Positions 32,220 to 43,833 are shown, counted from the stretch's first letter. The stretch: DNA of 64,000 nucleotides from an uncultured Thiomicrospira sp. (GCA_965195345.1 OZ239628.1:128001-192000), one strand, 5' to 3'. The notes: generated by a model not told the origin, from the letters alone. Translations and numbers: made by a program.

Positions 32220-34844
32220 ATGCAAAACCCACGTAATTTAGCCAATAACACAAAAAATCAGCAATGGACAACGTCAAAAGTTCGGCAAAGTTTTCTTTCT
32301 TTTTTCGAGAAAAATGGTCACACAATTGTTGAAAGTGGTTCTCTTATCCCTGCTGGAGATAAAAGTTTATTGTTTACAAACGCTGGGATGGTACCATTTA
32401 AAGATGTTTTTCTTGGATTAGAAGCACGAAACTATAACCGAGCCACTACCTCGCAGCGTTGCGTGCGAGCTGGAGGGAAACACAATGACTTAGATAACGT
32501 AGGTTATACGGCGCGGCATCACACTTTCTTTGAAATGCTTGGGAATTTCAGTTTTGGGGACTACTTTAAAGAACAAGCAATTTTGTACTGCTGGGAGTTT
32601 CTGACCGAAGTTTTAAAACTGCCTCCTGAAAGATTATGGATTACTGTTTTTAAAGATGACTTAGAGACTGAACAAATATGGAAAAATAAAATTGGCATTG
32701 ACCCTACTCGTTTTTCTCGCTGCGATGAGAAAGATAATTTTTGGTCGATGGGCAACACTGGACCTTGTGGACCTTGTAGTGAAGTTTTCTATGATCACGG
32801 ACCTGAAGTTGCTGGAGGACCTCCCGGATCGCCCGAAGAAGACGGTGATCGATACGTTGAGGTTTGGAATCTTGTATTTATGCAGTACAACCGTTCTTCC
32901 AACGGTTCTCTTTCCCCGCTACCAAAACCATCCGTTGACACTGGCATGGGATTAGAGCGGATAACTGCTGTGCTCGAACATGTATACAGTAACTATGATA
33001 TTGATTTGTTTCGGCATTTAATCGATTCGGCTCATGAAATAGCACCTGATGCCGACCGCAATGATCCTTCTTTCAAGGTAATTGCCGATCACATTCGTTC
33101 GTGTGCGTTCCTAATCACTGACGGTGTTACACCTTCCAATGATGGGCGCGGATATGTGTTACGCAGAATTTTACGTCGCGCAATCCGACACGGGCATAAG
33201 CTGGGCATCAAGAAAATATTTTTTCATCTCATGATTTCCCCTTTAGAACAAATAATGGGTAAGACTTATCCACAGTTAAGCCAACAGCAAGAAACACTGG
33301 AAAGGGTTATCCGTTCAGAAGAAGAACGCTTTCGAGAATCTTTAGATAATGGGTTACGAATTTTTGAACAAGAGATTGCTTCGCTAAAGGCAAATATTAT
33401 TTCTGGTGAGATACTCTTTAAACTATACGACACTTACGGATTTCCTGTAGACCTGACTGCCGACATTGCTCGTGAGAGGAATTTAAAGGTGGACCTTAAA
33501 GGATTTGAACAATGCATGGAAAAGCAGCGTGATAGAGCCCGCTTGGATAACCAGTTTGTCGGCACTGACACCAATATAACCATTGAAGCAAAAAGCGACT
33601 TCGTTGGCTACAGCTCCTTAGAGACTACCTCATCCATCGTACTATTGCTTCAGGACGATAAACACCTTACCCAACTTTGTAAAGGTGAAGAAAGTTTGAT
33701 CCTATTAGAGCAGACTCCTTTCTATGCAGAGTCTGGAGGGCAAGTAGGCGATGCAGGCACTATTGAAACAGCAAACGGCATTTTTCAAGTGCTCGACACA
33801 CGCAAAGTATCAAACAAACATCTATGCATAGGCAAAGTAGTAAAAGGCACAATCAATTTGGGAGATGCTTGCCATGCCCGCATCGATATGAAAAAACGCG
33901 AAGATATTACGCGTAATCACTCAACAACGCATTTATTACACGCCGCTCTGCGCAACGTACTCGGCGACCACGTACAACAGAAAGGATCGTTAGTTAATTC
34001 GAATCATCTCCGCTTTGATTTCTCTCACTTTAGCCCCTTAAGCAACGAAGAGTTAAAAAATATTGAATGGCAAGTTAATCAGCACATCCTAGCTAATCAT
34101 AACGTTCACACTGAAATAATGCCCTTAAGTGAAGCGCGGTTAAAAGGAGCCATGGCCTTGTTTGGAGAAAAATATGCTGAAGAAGTACGCGTTGTTAGCA
34201 TTGATGGCTTTTCCATTGAGTTGTGTGGCGGAACCCATGTCCCAGCAACTGGCAACATTGGCTACGTGAAAATAATCATGGAAACGGGCGTTTCAGCGGG
34301 TGTTCGTCGCATCGAGGCACTTTCAGGCGAACATGCTTGGAAGTGGATAAGCAAACGCATTGAATCGCAAAATGAATTAGCAAATAAACTCAATACGTCT
34401 TCTGATAAGCTCAATGAATATATTATCAATCAAAGTGAAAAAATAAAGTATTTAGAAAAACACGTTGAAACGTTGACGAGCAAACTCAATGCTAATCAAA
34501 GCAAAGACATCATCCATGACATTAAACAGGTTAAAGGAGTCAATATCCTTGTCAAGCGTCTCGACAATCAAAGACCTGAAAATCTTCGAGACTTAATGGA
34601 TAAATTAAAAGTGTCAATTGGGTCTGGAATTATTCTCCTCGCTTCAGTAAACGGGGAAAAAATCACACTTGTAAGCGGCGTAACTGCTGATTTAATTGAC
34701 AGATACCAAGCAAACGAATGGGTTGATTACGTTGCCTCTCAATTGGGTGGTAAAGGCGGGGGACAAGCGCACATGGCAATGGCAGGTGCTACAAACATTC
34801 CTCTGTTGGATGAAGTTTTAGCAAAATCCAGTGATTGGCTGTAA
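32220..34844 (+). CDS. alaS: Alanyl-tRNA synthetase
   Basis: LLFTNAGM, HHTFFEMLGNFSFGDYFK, DTGMGLER, editing HxxxH and ELCGGTH motifs, GGKGGG. Confidence 0.99.
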   Translation: MQNPRNLANNTKNQQWTTSKVRQSFLSFFEKNGHTIVESGSLIPAGDKSLLFTNAGMVPFKDVFLGLEARNYNRATTSQRCVRAGGKHNDLDNVGYTARHHTFFEMLGNFSFGDYFKEQAILYCWEFLTEVLKLPPERLWITVFKDDLETEQIWKNKIGIDPTRFSRCDEKDNFWSMGNTGPCGPCSEVFYDHGPEVAGGPPGSPEEDGDRYVEVWNLVFMQYNRSSNGSLSPLPKPSVDTGMGLERITAVLEHVYSNYDIDLFRHLIDSAHEIAPDADRNDPSFKVIADHIRSCAFLITDGVTPSNDGRGYVLRRILRRAIRHGHKLGIKKIFFHLMISPLEQIMGKTYPQLSQQQETLERVIRSEEERFRESLDNGLRIFEQEIASLKANIISGEILFKLYDTYGFPVDLTADIARERNLKVDLKGFEQCMEKQRDRARLDNQFVGTDTNITIEAKSDFVGYSSLETTSSIVLLLQDDKHLTQLCKGEESLILLEQTPFYAESGGQVGDAGTIETANGIFQVLDTRKVSNKHLCIGKVVKGTINLGDACHARIDMKKREDITRNHSTTHLLHAALRNVLGDHVQQKGSLVNSNHLRFDFSHFSPLSNEELKNIEWQVNQHILANHNVHTEIMPLSEARLKGAMALFGEKYAEEVRVVSIDGFSIELCGGTHVPATGNIGYVKIIMETGVSAGVRRIEALSGEHAWKWISKRIESQNELANKLNTSSDKLNEYIINQSEKIKYLEKHVETLTSKLNANQSKDIIHDIKQVKGVNILVKRLDNQRPENLRDLMDKLKVSIGSGIILLASVNGEKITLVSGVTADLIDRYQANEWVDYVASQLGGKGGGQAHMAMAGATNIPLLDEVLAKSSDWL

Positions 34845-34897
34845 GGTACCGCTCTTCCAAATAAAAAATACCTGTCTTTTGGGAATGGACAAAGAAA

Positions 34898-35635
34898 TTA
34901 TTTTTGCGTATAAAAAGAAGCAAATAGACGGTTGTAGTACCAACAAAATGTATTTTTAAAATTTGCTTCTTCAAGACGACACAAATGTTGCTCACAACTT
35001 TCAGTAACTAACACATCTTCCAAAGCCTTTCTTTTTCGACTAATCTCCAAGTCACTATAGCCTTGGTGCTGTTTAAATTTAGTATAGATTGACTCCAATA
35101 CACTTTGGGCTGAAGCCACTGGGTGGCGTGTTTTCTCAGAAAGGATAAAAACACCCCCTTTTTTCAACCCAGCATAGATTCTTTTGATTAAATCCAACCG
35201 CTTGGCAATAGGCAGAAATTGTAATGTGAAATTCAACAGCACAACATCGGCATCCTTAATAACTACGCTCTCAATATCCTTTTCAACAAAATGCAAGTCA
35301 TGGTCAACTTGTATAGATGCTAAATTTGCTTTGCAACGTTCAAGCATGGCGTGCGATGTATCAACCGCATAAAACCGATGCTTGCCCGGCAAATGCGACA
35401 AAATCATCGTTGACAGTGTCCCCGTTGCACACCCCAGATCATATATTTTCAACCCTCGATCTTTTTCAGTCAACGGCATACACAAATCTATAGTACCAAG
35501 CGCAATATCCATATAACCTGGAATGGACCTCAGCACCATATCATCAAAAAAACGAGCAACGTTTTCATCAAATCGAAAACGCTCAGGAATGATTTCGTTA
35601 AATAATTCGTCTCTTTCCCTTAACTGTTTCTTCAC
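34898..35635 (-). CDS. cmoA: Carboxy-S-adenosylmethionine synthase
   Basis: FRFDENVA..FDDMVLRSIPGY, YDLGCATG, NFTLQF, GYSDLEISRKR. Confidence 0.93.
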   Translation of the reverse strand: MKKQLRERDELFNEIIPERFRFDENVARFFDDMVLRSIPGYMDIALGTIDLCMPLTEKDRGLKIYDLGCATGTLSTMILSHLPGKHRFYAVDTSHAMLERCKANLASIQVDHDLHFVEKDIESVVIKDADVVLLNFTLQFLPIAKRLDLIKRIYAGLKKGGVFILSEKTRHPVASAQSVLESIYTKFKQHQGYSDLEISRKRKALEDVLVTESCEQHLCRLEEANFKNTFCWYYNRLFASFYTQK

Positions 35636-36066
35636 TCCAAGTTTGGCTCCAAATCTTCCACCACTAATCTGCCATAGTAACGTATATCGTGCGCAGAGTT
35701 GTCTTTAAGAATTTGACCGACCGCATAGCGCTCTTCTTCTGTTTCGACTGGAGCACTAACGAGTACATGCCCTTTCCCGAGTTCGATACGAATTAGATCA
35801 AACAGCTTCTTTTCACTTCCATTGGCAAAATTTTGCCAAGTGCGCACTAATTTTCCCCAAACTCCGTGATGTTCTCCATCGGGGTCAAGAAAATGCAATC
35901 CATCTTCGCCAAATGATTCATCAATATCATCATCATCGAAGCCTGTAGCCCTTAATGCACTCACTGCTTTATCAGCATTAACTCGTGCATCAAAAAATCC
36001 CACCACTCGATTTGTAGGATAGACTGAAAAATGCGCATCATCATGTTTTAACATATACACCTCCAT
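35632..36066 (-). CDS. Hypothetical cytoplasmic protein (general-stress-protein-like)
   Basis: 144-aa ORF with GGAGG RBS; 'VVGFFD...A..A...L...GF' and 'G.VLV' patterns; stop overlaps the cmoA start. Confidence 0.6.
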   Translation of the reverse strand: MEVYMLKHDDAHFSVYPTNRVVGFFDARVNADKAVSALRATGFDDDDIDESFGEDGLHFLDPDGEHHGVWGKLVRTWQNFANGSEKKLFDLIRIELGKGHVLVSAPVETEEERYAVGQILKDNSAHDIRYYGRLVVEDLEPNLE

Positions 36067-36145
36067 TTATTAAAAATTCATATCATCGGCTAAAGATACA
36101 TTTATAGAGTATCGCTGTTACCGTAAAAAAGCAAGTTTTCTTTCG

Positions 36146-37771
36146 CTATCGCCCGTAGAAATTGATTGTCCATCCGTTCAATATGTTGGTAGAAGGTGTT
36201 CCATTATTAGAGGGCGTTCTATCAGATATATTAAGTATCCAACTACCTATCACAGGCTCCATAAAATGAACATTCGAAGTAAATGTAAAGTTCGCGAGAT
36301 TCTGATTTAACATCCCTGCAACGGACCTCGCATGCGTTTCGGTAATAATAGAAGTGGATATTGAACTTCCTTGCTCATGAATGAGCTCAATAGTCAGATC
36401 AGTCCAATTCGCATGCGGTGAATTTATCACAAGCTCGAGTTGCTCTATCTGAGAAATATTTGAACTTGTAATATTTATCATTGATGCAACTCCTATGATG
36501 TCATTATCTGGAATCACTAGGCTGTCCGTTGCCGTTGCCGTTGCCGACAATAAGTTACCCGAAACATTCACCCACGTACGTGCTAAAGAAGTTGCCGCCG
36601 CCGCATCAATCCGTCCAAACCCAAAATTATGATTGAATCTAATTCCTGCAATATTCGTAAACCATCCTGAGTCAGAAGGCGATGTTTCAATCGCGCTTCT
36701 TGCTAAGATCTCACGTACATCACGCCACGTCAACATAGGATTACTCTGTAGAACTTGAGCAATCACTCCGGAAGCGATAGGCGTTGACGCTGATGTTCCA
36801 ATGAAGCATCTGGTGTAGTCAATATTGCCAAACTCAAAAAGATTAGTTCCTCTGTTGAACCCGAGTGTCCCAAGAATATCAATAGTCGAAATGAGAATGT
36901 CGCTAGCGTCCCCACAATTATTGATACGTGCATTGCCTCCTGGAGCGCTGACCCATAAGTTAGCTCCCCGCTCAGAAAAGTTAGAACGCAAACCCTGCCT
37001 GTCCAAAGAACCTATAGCTAACACACCTTTATAATTCGCAAATCCATCGTAATTGCTATTATCAGAACCTAAAGCACCATTACCTGCCGCCCACGTATAA
37101 ATCGTTCCCAAGCCCCCTCTTCCTCGGCTTAGCCCATCTTCAATTAAACCAGAAAATCCAGAGCTTGCAGGATTAAGTAGTCCATCATCAGGCGGTCCCC
37201 AACTATTATTAGAAACAGCGACCTCGCTAATATTTCTTGTCATTGAAAGAAACAAATTTTGATCTGTCTGATTGTCAATAAAGTTATACGACTGTATGTT
37301 TGCATCGGAGGCAACGCCATTAACCCCAAAAAGATTATTTTCTGCTCCAATTAACCCCGCAACTGATGTTGCATGTGATCCAGCATTTGTTATAAAGGGT
37401 TGAACACCTTCAACATCTCTTGTAAGATCAAAATGCCCGTTGCCTGCAGTATTGTTAATAATATCGCAATGCCCCACCTGCACTGACACATCAACGACTC
37501 GAACAACCACTCCTACTCCCGTACACGCCCCAGCCCCGCAAATACTACTTGAAGCATTAACGCCAGCGTTCGAGTCCAAATGCCATTGCCGTGACACATA
37601 ATTGGGAGCACTATACGTAGAACAAAATTCTAAATTTCTTGTATTTGCCACCGAGTCTATGCTATCCGTGCCACTGGTGTCACCACCTATGCCCGAAGAC
37701 CCAGACCCTCCTCCACAAGCTCCAATGAGTAACAGCAAGAACATTAAAACAAAAAGCCTTGAAATATTCAT
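36146..37771 (-). CDS. Kexin/furin-like S8 serine protease lipoprotein with P domain
   Basis: Lipobox LIGA-C; triad VVD / HATSVAG / GTSASTP; AAGN oxyanion residue; NNSWGP, LTWRDV, FGFGRIDA; C-terminal P domain ending WTINFYGR. Confidence 0.9.
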   Translation of the reverse strand: MNISRLFVLMFLLLLIGACGGGSGSSGIGGDTSGTDSIDSVANTRNLEFCSTYSAPNYVSRQWHLDSNAGVNASSSICGAGACTGVGVVVRVVDVSVQVGHCDIINNTAGNGHFDLTRDVEGVQPFITNAGSHATSVAGLIGAENNLFGVNGVASDANIQSYNFIDNQTDQNLFLSMTRNISEVAVSNNSWGPPDDGLLNPASSGFSGLIEDGLSRGRGGLGTIYTWAAGNGALGSDNSNYDGFANYKGVLAIGSLDRQGLRSNFSERGANLWVSAPGGNARINNCGDASDILISTIDILGTLGFNRGTNLFEFGNIDYTRCFIGTSASTPIASGVIAQVLQSNPMLTWRDVREILARSAIETSPSDSGWFTNIAGIRFNHNFGFGRIDAAAATSLARTWVNVSGNLLSATATATDSLVIPDNDIIGVASMINITSSNISQIEQLELVINSPHANWTDLTIELIHEQGSSISTSIITETHARSVAGMLNQNLANFTFTSNVHFMEPVIGSWILNISDRTPSNNGTPSTNILNGWTINFYGR

Positions 37772-37902
37772 ATTGGTAATTATATTGAATTTGAGAGGTT
37801 ATTTATTCATGATGTTGAGAAACATACGAAATTAAATGCTTTCTCTATTAGCGAAGTACGCTCACTTAAAAGAAAAAAGATTGTTTAAAAACAGGAAAAA
37901 TA

Positions 37903-40473
37903 ATGGAAAAATTTACAACAACCGTGCAAAAAGCCTTGATGGATGCTCAATCATTGGCGAATCAACAAGACCATGCCTATATTGAAGCAGCTCACCTATT
38001 GACGACTCTTTTGCATAATGAAAATGGCGTTAAGAATTTAGTCACACTTGCCCAAGGAAATATTGATGCACTTAACCAAGAACTCAAAGGAATCATGCTT
38101 AAGTTTGCAAAAGTATCGGGTAACGCGGTGCAATTACAAATCAGCAGCTCTCTAAAAAGCATTCTATTAAATGCTGAAAAGCTCAGTAAAAAGGCTGGTG
38201 ACCAGTATCTATCTAGCGAATGGATACTATTGTCCATGCTTCATTCAAACGATTCGGTAAGTACTGCTTTGAAAGAAGCAGGATTGAGTGAAAAAAACCT
38301 AAAAAACTCCATTGAAAATATACGTGGATCAAAAACAGTGGATGATCCTGCATCAGAAAGTCAACGCGACGCTTTGGAGAAATATACCATTGACATGACC
38401 AATCGTGCAAAAGAAGGAAAACTAGATCCTGTAATAGGTCGTGATGATGAAATTCGACGAACCATCCAAGTGTTACAACGACGTACAAAAAACAATCCTG
38501 TGCTCATCGGTGAACCTGGCGTTGGTAAGACCGCTATCGTTGAAGGACTAGCTCAACGTATTGTGAATAACGAAGTCCCCGAAGGGCTGCGCAATAAGAA
38601 GCTATTGTCGCTTGACTTAGGCGCGCTTTTAGCTGGAGCAAAATACCGTGGAGAATTTGAGGAGCGCTTAAAAGCAGTGCTCAAAGACATTCAAGAAGAT
38701 GATGGGCAAATTATTCTTTTTATCGATGAGCTACACACCATGGTCAATGCTGGTAAAGCGGAAGGAGCTATGGACGCAGGAAACATGCTTAAACCCGCAC
38801 TAGCACGTGGTGAGCTGCATTGTATTGGCGCAACGACATTAGATGAATATCGTCAATACATCGAAAAAGATGCAGCACTCGAGCGACGCTTTCAAAAAGT
38901 ATTGGTTGATGAACCTGATACTGAAGATACTATCGCAATTTTACGAGGATTAAAACAACGCTATGAAGTACACCATGGAGTACAAATTACTGATCCTGCT
39001 ATTATTGCAGCAGTTACATTATCGCAACGATACATAGCCGATCGATTTTTACCCGATAAAGCCATTGATTTGATTGATGAGGCTGCGGCTCGATTGCGTA
39101 TTGAAATCGACTCAAAACCAGAAGAAATGGATCGACTACAACGCCAAATAATTCAATTAAAAATAGAAGAGCAAGCCTTAAGTAAGGAGAATGATAGTGC
39201 TTCAAGAAAGCGATTGAAAGAAATCACTCAACGCATTGGTGAGATGGAAAAAAACTATGCCCACCTTGACGAAAAATTGAAATCAGAAAAAGCATTCCTT
39301 GAAAGCGCTAAAAACACAAAAGAGTCCTTAGAAAAGGCACGAATTTCTCTTGAAAAAGCGCAAAGAAACAACGATTACGGAAAAGCTTCTGAACTTATGT
39401 ATGGGACAATTCCTGCATTGGAAAAGCAACTAGAATCTGAAGAAAAGAACGACACAAGCACACTAGAACTGCTTAGCCGTGAGGTAACGGAAGATGCCAT
39501 TGCAGAAATAATAGAGCGTTCGACAGGCATTCCAATTCAACGATTAGTAGCGCCTGAGCAAGAGAAGCTTTTACAGATGGAAAGCTATTTGAAAAAATAT
39601 GTTGTTGGTCAAGAAAAAGCCATCCAAGCAGTATCAAATGCTGTGCGACGCGCTAGGGCTGGATTATCTGACCCGAATAGACCAAATGGCTCATTTTTGT
39701 TTTTAGGCCCCACTGGTGTGGGAAAAACGGAGTTAACCAAAGCCCTCGCTATGTATCTGTTTAATTCTCGTGATACTATGGTTCGCATTGATATGTCAGA
39801 GTTTATGGAAAAACATTCCATTGCACGTCTTATAGGCGCACCCCCTGGCTATATTGGTTTTGAAGAAGGCGGATTTCTTACAGAAACCGTGCGTCGAAAA
39901 CCCTATTCTGTTATTTTGTTTGATGAGATTGAAAAGGCGCATCCCGATGTGTTTAACTTGCTTTTACAAGTGCTTGATGATGGACGATTAACCGATGGAC
40001 ACGGCAGAACAGTTAATTTCAAAAATACTGTGATTATTATGACATCAAACCTTGGCACTGAAAGCACCCAAGAGGCAAACCCTACAGATCTAAAGGGTAT
40101 TGAAGATCGCGTGATGGAAACGGTACGTCAATTTTTCCGCCCAGAGTTTATCAATCGAATTGATGATGCGGTTGTATTCCACAGACTTAAACGTGAAGAC
40201 ATTCGCAAAATAGCGGCATTGCAAATTGATGCTTTGTCTGAACGATTAGAAGCGCAGAATATGTTTTTAAAAGTTGATGATTCAGTTCTGGACCATTTAG
40301 CAGAGAAAGGATATGACTCCGTTTATGGAGCAAGGCCGTTAAAAAGGGTTATTCAAAATGAACTTGAGAATGCGCTTGCAGAAAAAATTCTTGAAGCCTC
40401 TGTTTCTCCTTCTGAAACCATTCATGTATCCTTTGACGAGAAAGATATGCGAATTCTTATAACGACTGGTTAA
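37903..40473 (+). CDS. clpB: Chaperone ClpB
   Basis: Two AAA+ modules ([16 protein letters not shown]), KYRGEFEER, middle coiled-coil domain, GARPL. Confidence 0.98.
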   Translation: MEKFTTTVQKALMDAQSLANQQDHAYIEAAHLLTTLLHNENGVKNLVTLAQGNIDALNQELKGIMLKFAKVSGNAVQLQISSSLKSILLNAEKLSKKAGDQYLSSEWILLSMLHSNDSVSTALKEAGLSEKNLKNSIENIRGSKTVDDPASESQRDALEKYTIDMTNRAKEGKLDPVIGRDDEIRRTIQVLQRRTKNNPVLIGEPGVGKTAIVEGLAQRIVNNEVPEGLRNKKLLSLDLGALLAGAKYRGEFEERLKAVLKDIQEDDGQIILFIDELHTMVNAGKAEGAMDAGNMLKPALARGELHCIGATTLDEYRQYIEKDAALERRFQKVLVDEPDTEDTIAILRGLKQRYEVHHGVQITDPAIIAAVTLSQRYIADRFLPDKAIDLIDEAAARLRIEIDSKPEEMDRLQRQIIQLKIEEQALSKENDSASRKRLKEITQRIGEMEKNYAHLDEKLKSEKAFLESAKNTKESLEKARISLEKAQRNNDYGKASELMYGTIPALEKQLESEEKNDTSTLELLSREVTEDAIAEIIERSTGIPIQRLVAPEQEKLLQMESYLKKYVVGQEKAIQAVSNAVRRARAGLSDPNRPNGSFLFLGPTGVGKTELTKALAMYLFNSRDTMVRIDMSEFMEKHSIARLIGAPPGYIGFEEGGFLTETVRRKPYSVILFDEIEKAHPDVFNLLLQVLDDGRLTDGHGRTVNFKNTVIIMTSNLGTESTQEANPTDLKGIEDRVMETVRQFFRPEFINRIDDAVVFHRLKREDIRKIAALQIDALSERLEAQNMFLKVDDSVLDHLAEKGYDSVYGARPLKRVIQNELENALAEKILEASVSPSETIHVSFDEKDMRILITTG

Positions 40474-40527
40474 GCATTTCTGCTGAGTTTGCTGCGGTGA
40501 TATAGTCTGGCAGTGTACAATAACATT

Positions 40528-40628
40528 GTGGTGCTGACCCTTTACGATGATAGTCTGTAAACCCCGCCAGGTTCGAAAGAAAGCAACGGTAGCAGGCAAA
40601 CCATGCGCTAAAGTTCAGTTGGCATCAC
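40528..40628 (+). ncRNA. ffs: Signal recognition particle 4.5S RNA
   Basis: Domain IV core CCGCCAGGTTC-GAAA-GAAAGCAACGG; ends GTGGTGCTGAC and GTTGGCATCAC pair; TACAAT -10 at 40516-40521. Confidence 0.9.
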
Positions 40629-40644
40629 TTTTATTAGGGGGGAC

Positions 40645-41268
40645 ATGCAAACACTTCAGTTATTCCATTTTTGCATTCTATGCGATAAACCATGCGCCGA
40701 GCTTGACTTGTGCGACGATTGCTCTGCGAGCTTACCGTGGGCAACATACCTAATTTCGCCTCCTCCACCTGGAATTAATGAGCTACAGCCTCTTTTTTTC
40801 ATGCAAGAGCCTATCAATAAATGGATTCACCAACTCAAATATAACCGTCGTCTAATGTTTGCGCGTTTGATGGCTCAATTGATGTTGCGTGAGTTAACGG
40901 TTAATCCTGCGGTAGAGGCGATTGCGGCGATACCCTTGCATCCCGATAGAATAAGACATAGAGGCTTCAATCAAGCATTAGAAATATCAAAAATCATAAC
41001 TAAATCTTTAGAAATAGTGCCCTTAGATAATCAGCTTGAACGGGTAAAAAACACCCTTCCTCAAGTAAGCCTCAAATCAAAGTTACGTAAAAAAAATATG
41101 TCTGACGCTTTTAAAAGCAACTTAGACAACGACTTGTCTGGTCTTATTCTCATCGACGATGTAACAACCACTGGATCAACCGCTTCTTCTTTAGCACACT
41201 GTATTCGTAAAGAGAACCCCGGAATCTACTTGCAACTTTGGACAATCGCACATTCCGACTCTGGTTAA
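40645..41268 (+). CDS. comF: ComF family phosphoribosyltransferase-like competence protein
   Basis: N-terminal CxxC..CxxC, IPLH, RGFNQA, LIDDVTTTGST. Confidence 0.9.
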   Translation: MQTLQLFHFCILCDKPCAELDLCDDCSASLPWATYLISPPPPGINELQPLFFMQEPINKWIHQLKYNRRLMFARLMAQLMLRELTVNPAVEAIAAIPLHPDRIRHRGFNQALEISKIITKSLEIVPLDNQLERVKNTLPQVSLKSKLRKKNMSDAFKSNLDNDLSGLILIDDVTTTGSTASSLAHCIRKENPGIYLQLWTIAHSDSG

Positions 41269-41306
41269 ATTAGCAAGCGTTGCAAAAATTCTTAATTGAT
41301 TTTAAG

Positions 41307-42236
41307 CTACTTAAATTGAGATACGTTATATTGTAGTTTCCCTGTCAATGGGTTGATACGCGCTTCGGTATAGTTGTTTATGTCACCCTTCCCATCACCT
41401 ACCAATTGAGAAGGACATTCTTTCCCATCCAATCCACATCGATAATTATGAGCTTCTGGGCGGGGGTCACAAAAAAACCCATCCTTATTTCGCGTTGCTT
41501 CATTTATTTCGAGTAGCAACTGTGCATTAAAAAAAGTATCTTCATCCAACTCTAATCCAGATTCTTTTGTATACTCAGCGAGCATCAATATATATCCAGT
41601 AATTCCCATATAACCAGCGTCCCCGATATCTGGATGATTAGGTCTGAAAAATGGCATCGCTCGACGAATATAGTCAAACATTGTTAATGCATACGGCCAA
41701 TAATTTGATACCGTTTTAATGGGCATTGGCCCGCCATCATCGCTCAAATTCAAATCACCTCCTGTAAGGGGGAGATAATGCCCATTGCCTTCTCCAAACT
41801 CACCATGACATTCACTACAGTATTTTAAATAAAGTTTTTCTCCATCCCTAATCTTCATCCCTACGTTAGGGCCTGGCAATCCACTACCATCTCCTAACAC
41901 ATCAATATTCCAAGGTTCAATGGCTGCTTCAACAATTGGCTTGCCAAATCCGTAACTGTTGTGTTCGCTGCTCCATTCTTTTTTCACTGACTGATGCACT
42001 TCGATAAATGCAGGTGGCACTCGACACTGTCTCGAATGTTTTTCTCCAGCAACTTCTGCGGAATAGGGGTTATTCGAATCAGCTTTTTCTTGGCGTGTGT
42101 CTTTATTTTTACTCGGATGTAGATAGGCTCCTTCAGGGACTTCCTCGCTAAAACTAGGCACTGCCATAAAAATAGTACAGGTCAATACCAACAATCTACC
42201 AAAAAGGAAATTAAATCGCATATCAGTACTGAACAT
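41307..42236 (-). CDS. soxD: SoxD-type monoheme cytochrome c subunit of sulfane dehydrogenase
   Basis: YGFGKP...WNIDV..DGSGLP, CSECHG heme motif, KTVSNYWPYA, DYIRRAMP; start overlaps the soxC end. Confidence 0.85.
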   Translation of the reverse strand: MFSTDMRFNFLFGRLLVLTCTIFMAVPSFSEEVPEGAYLHPSKNKDTRQEKADSNNPYSAEVAGEKHSRQCRVPPAFIEVHQSVKKEWSSEHNSYGFGKPIVEAAIEPWNIDVLGDGSGLPGPNVGMKIRDGEKLYLKYCSECHGEFGEGNGHYLPLTGGDLNLSDDGGPMPIKTVSNYWPYALTMFDYIRRAMPFFRPNHPDIGDAGYMGITGYILMLAEYTKESGLELDEDTFFNAQLLLEINEATRNKDGFFCDPRPEAHNYRCGLDGKECPSQLVGDGKGDINNYTEARINPLTGKLQYNVSQFK

Positions 42237-43554
42237 TCTGTACTTCTCCCTTACGTGAGCTATCCCAAGGATGGATGCGCCATGTAACCATGGCATTGCG
42301 ATGATAAACAGGATTAGTGCCTCTTATACGTCTGAGCTGAGGCATTGTTGGCTGAGTATAACCTGTCTCATCAGTTGCTCGACTCATAAGCAACAACTCC
42401 TCGCCTTCCCATTCAAACTCGTACTCAAATCGCACCCATGCTTTATCCAGAATGGGACTGGTTATTCTCGCTTGAGACCAATTTTCCCCTCCATTGAAAG
42501 AAACATCAACAACGGCTACTTTACCTCTCCCTGACCATGCTAAACCTTTTAGAACATATCTACGTGGTCCGTCCATTTTAAAATCTGGTGAAGGATATGT
42601 GATAACCGAGTTTGCTTCACAATACCAAGTAAATTGAGCAGCCTTTCCATCAGCATATAATTCCGTGTACTTTGACGTTTCTTCTCGATGCTGCAATGGC
42701 TCGTTGGTCACTTTTAAGCGACGTAAAAACTTTATCCACATGTTTCCTTCGCAACCTGGAACAACTAAGCGCATGGGATAGCCTTGCTCTGCACGCAGTC
42801 CTTCACCATTCTGCGCATAAGCCACTATGCAATCATCCATAGCAATTGACATAGGAATGGAGCGGCTCATTCCCGAGGCATCTGCCCCTTCGGCAATAAC
42901 CCACTTTGCACTTGGATCCACACCAGATTCTTTTAACAATACGGATAATTTAACACCTGTCCACTCACAGCAACTCATCATGCCATGTGTCCATTGCACC
43001 GAGTCAACTTGCACACCTTTCCACTCAAGCGCACCATTGGCTGGGCATTCAAGAAAATGTATACGTTGTATGGCAGGAAATTTTTTTAGATCCTTAACCG
43101 AGTAAATCAATGGCTGGCTTACCAAGCCATGAACAACCATACGATGCTTTGTTGGATCAATTTCAGGCGTGCCTCCATGAAAACGCTCAAAATGTAATCC
43201 ATTCGGCGTAATAATTCCATGCAACTGATGAACTGGACAGAATGAAATGGAGGCATAACGATCTGGAGTCAGCCAATCAAGCGAGCGCCTTTTAACTTGT
43301 GATTCAAACGAGACTGGTCTTCCATAGGGTCTCGTAAGCACCCCGTAGCCCAAAGTGGTCCGTGACGCAGGTATTTCAAGCGGATCAACGTGCGCATCTT
43401 TGCCATTGTACATACTGGTATCTGGCTTGTATTGTGCGCGTCCAATCTTACTAAACAACACCCCACTGACAAGCATTGCTCCATTCTTTATCAGCGCTCG
43501 TCTCGACAAACCTGTTTTTTTTTCTTCACCTTTAGGAGTCACACTTCTCTCCAT
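42223..43554 (-). CDS. soxC: Sulfane dehydrogenase molybdopterin subunit SoxC
   Basis: Tat signal SRRALIK, GIITPNGLHFERFH, FLECPAN (Mo-ligating Cys), QGYPMRL, YHRNA. Confidence 0.9.
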   Translation of the reverse strand: MERSVTPKGEEKKTGLSRRALIKNGAMLVSGVLFSKIGRAQYKPDTSMYNGKDAHVDPLEIPASRTTLGYGVLTRPYGRPVSFESQVKRRSLDWLTPDRYASISFCPVHQLHGIITPNGLHFERFHGGTPEIDPTKHRMVVHGLVSQPLIYSVKDLKKFPAIQRIHFLECPANGALEWKGVQVDSVQWTHGMMSCCEWTGVKLSVLLKESGVDPSAKWVIAEGADASGMSRSIPMSIAMDDCIVAYAQNGEGLRAEQGYPMRLVVPGCEGNMWIKFLRRLKVTNEPLQHREETSKYTELYADGKAAQFTWYCEANSVITYPSPDFKMDGPRRYVLKGLAWSGRGKVAVVDVSFNGGENWSQARITSPILDKAWVRFEYEFEWEGEELLLMSRATDETGYTQPTMPQLRRIRGTNPVYHRNAMVTWRIHPWDSSRKGEVQNVQY

Positions 43555-43557
43555 TAG

Positions 43558-43833
43558 CTATTGGGTACTATAAAAGTCAGCGATAAATTCAATCTCTTCA
43601 TCGGTAAGAGGCTGCGCAAACAGTTGCATCGTGGCACTCACTCGCTCACCTGATCGGTACGCTTTCAAAGCATTGACAAGATATTGTTTATTTTGTCCGA
43701 TTAATTTGGGATATTCAGGTATTAAACTATCACCATTATTGGCATGACACCCCACACATATCTGCGGCACTTCCAAGGCAAATGCCTGACCCATAATAAG
43801 AGCCGTAACAATAACAAGAATCTTGGCGTTCAT
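43558..43833 (-). CDS. Small monoheme cytochrome c (c553/c554-like)
   Basis: Signal peptide, CVGCH, YPKLIGQ, axial Met. Confidence 0.9.
   Translation of the reverse strand: MNAKILVIVTALIMGQAFALEVPQICVGCHANNGDSLIPEYPKLIGQNKQYLVNALKAYRSGERVSATMQLFAQPLTDEEIEFIADFYSTQ

Noticed and set aside
40547-40753. 68-aa ORF after clpB
   Set aside because: It overlaps the SRP RNA and the comF start; spurious.
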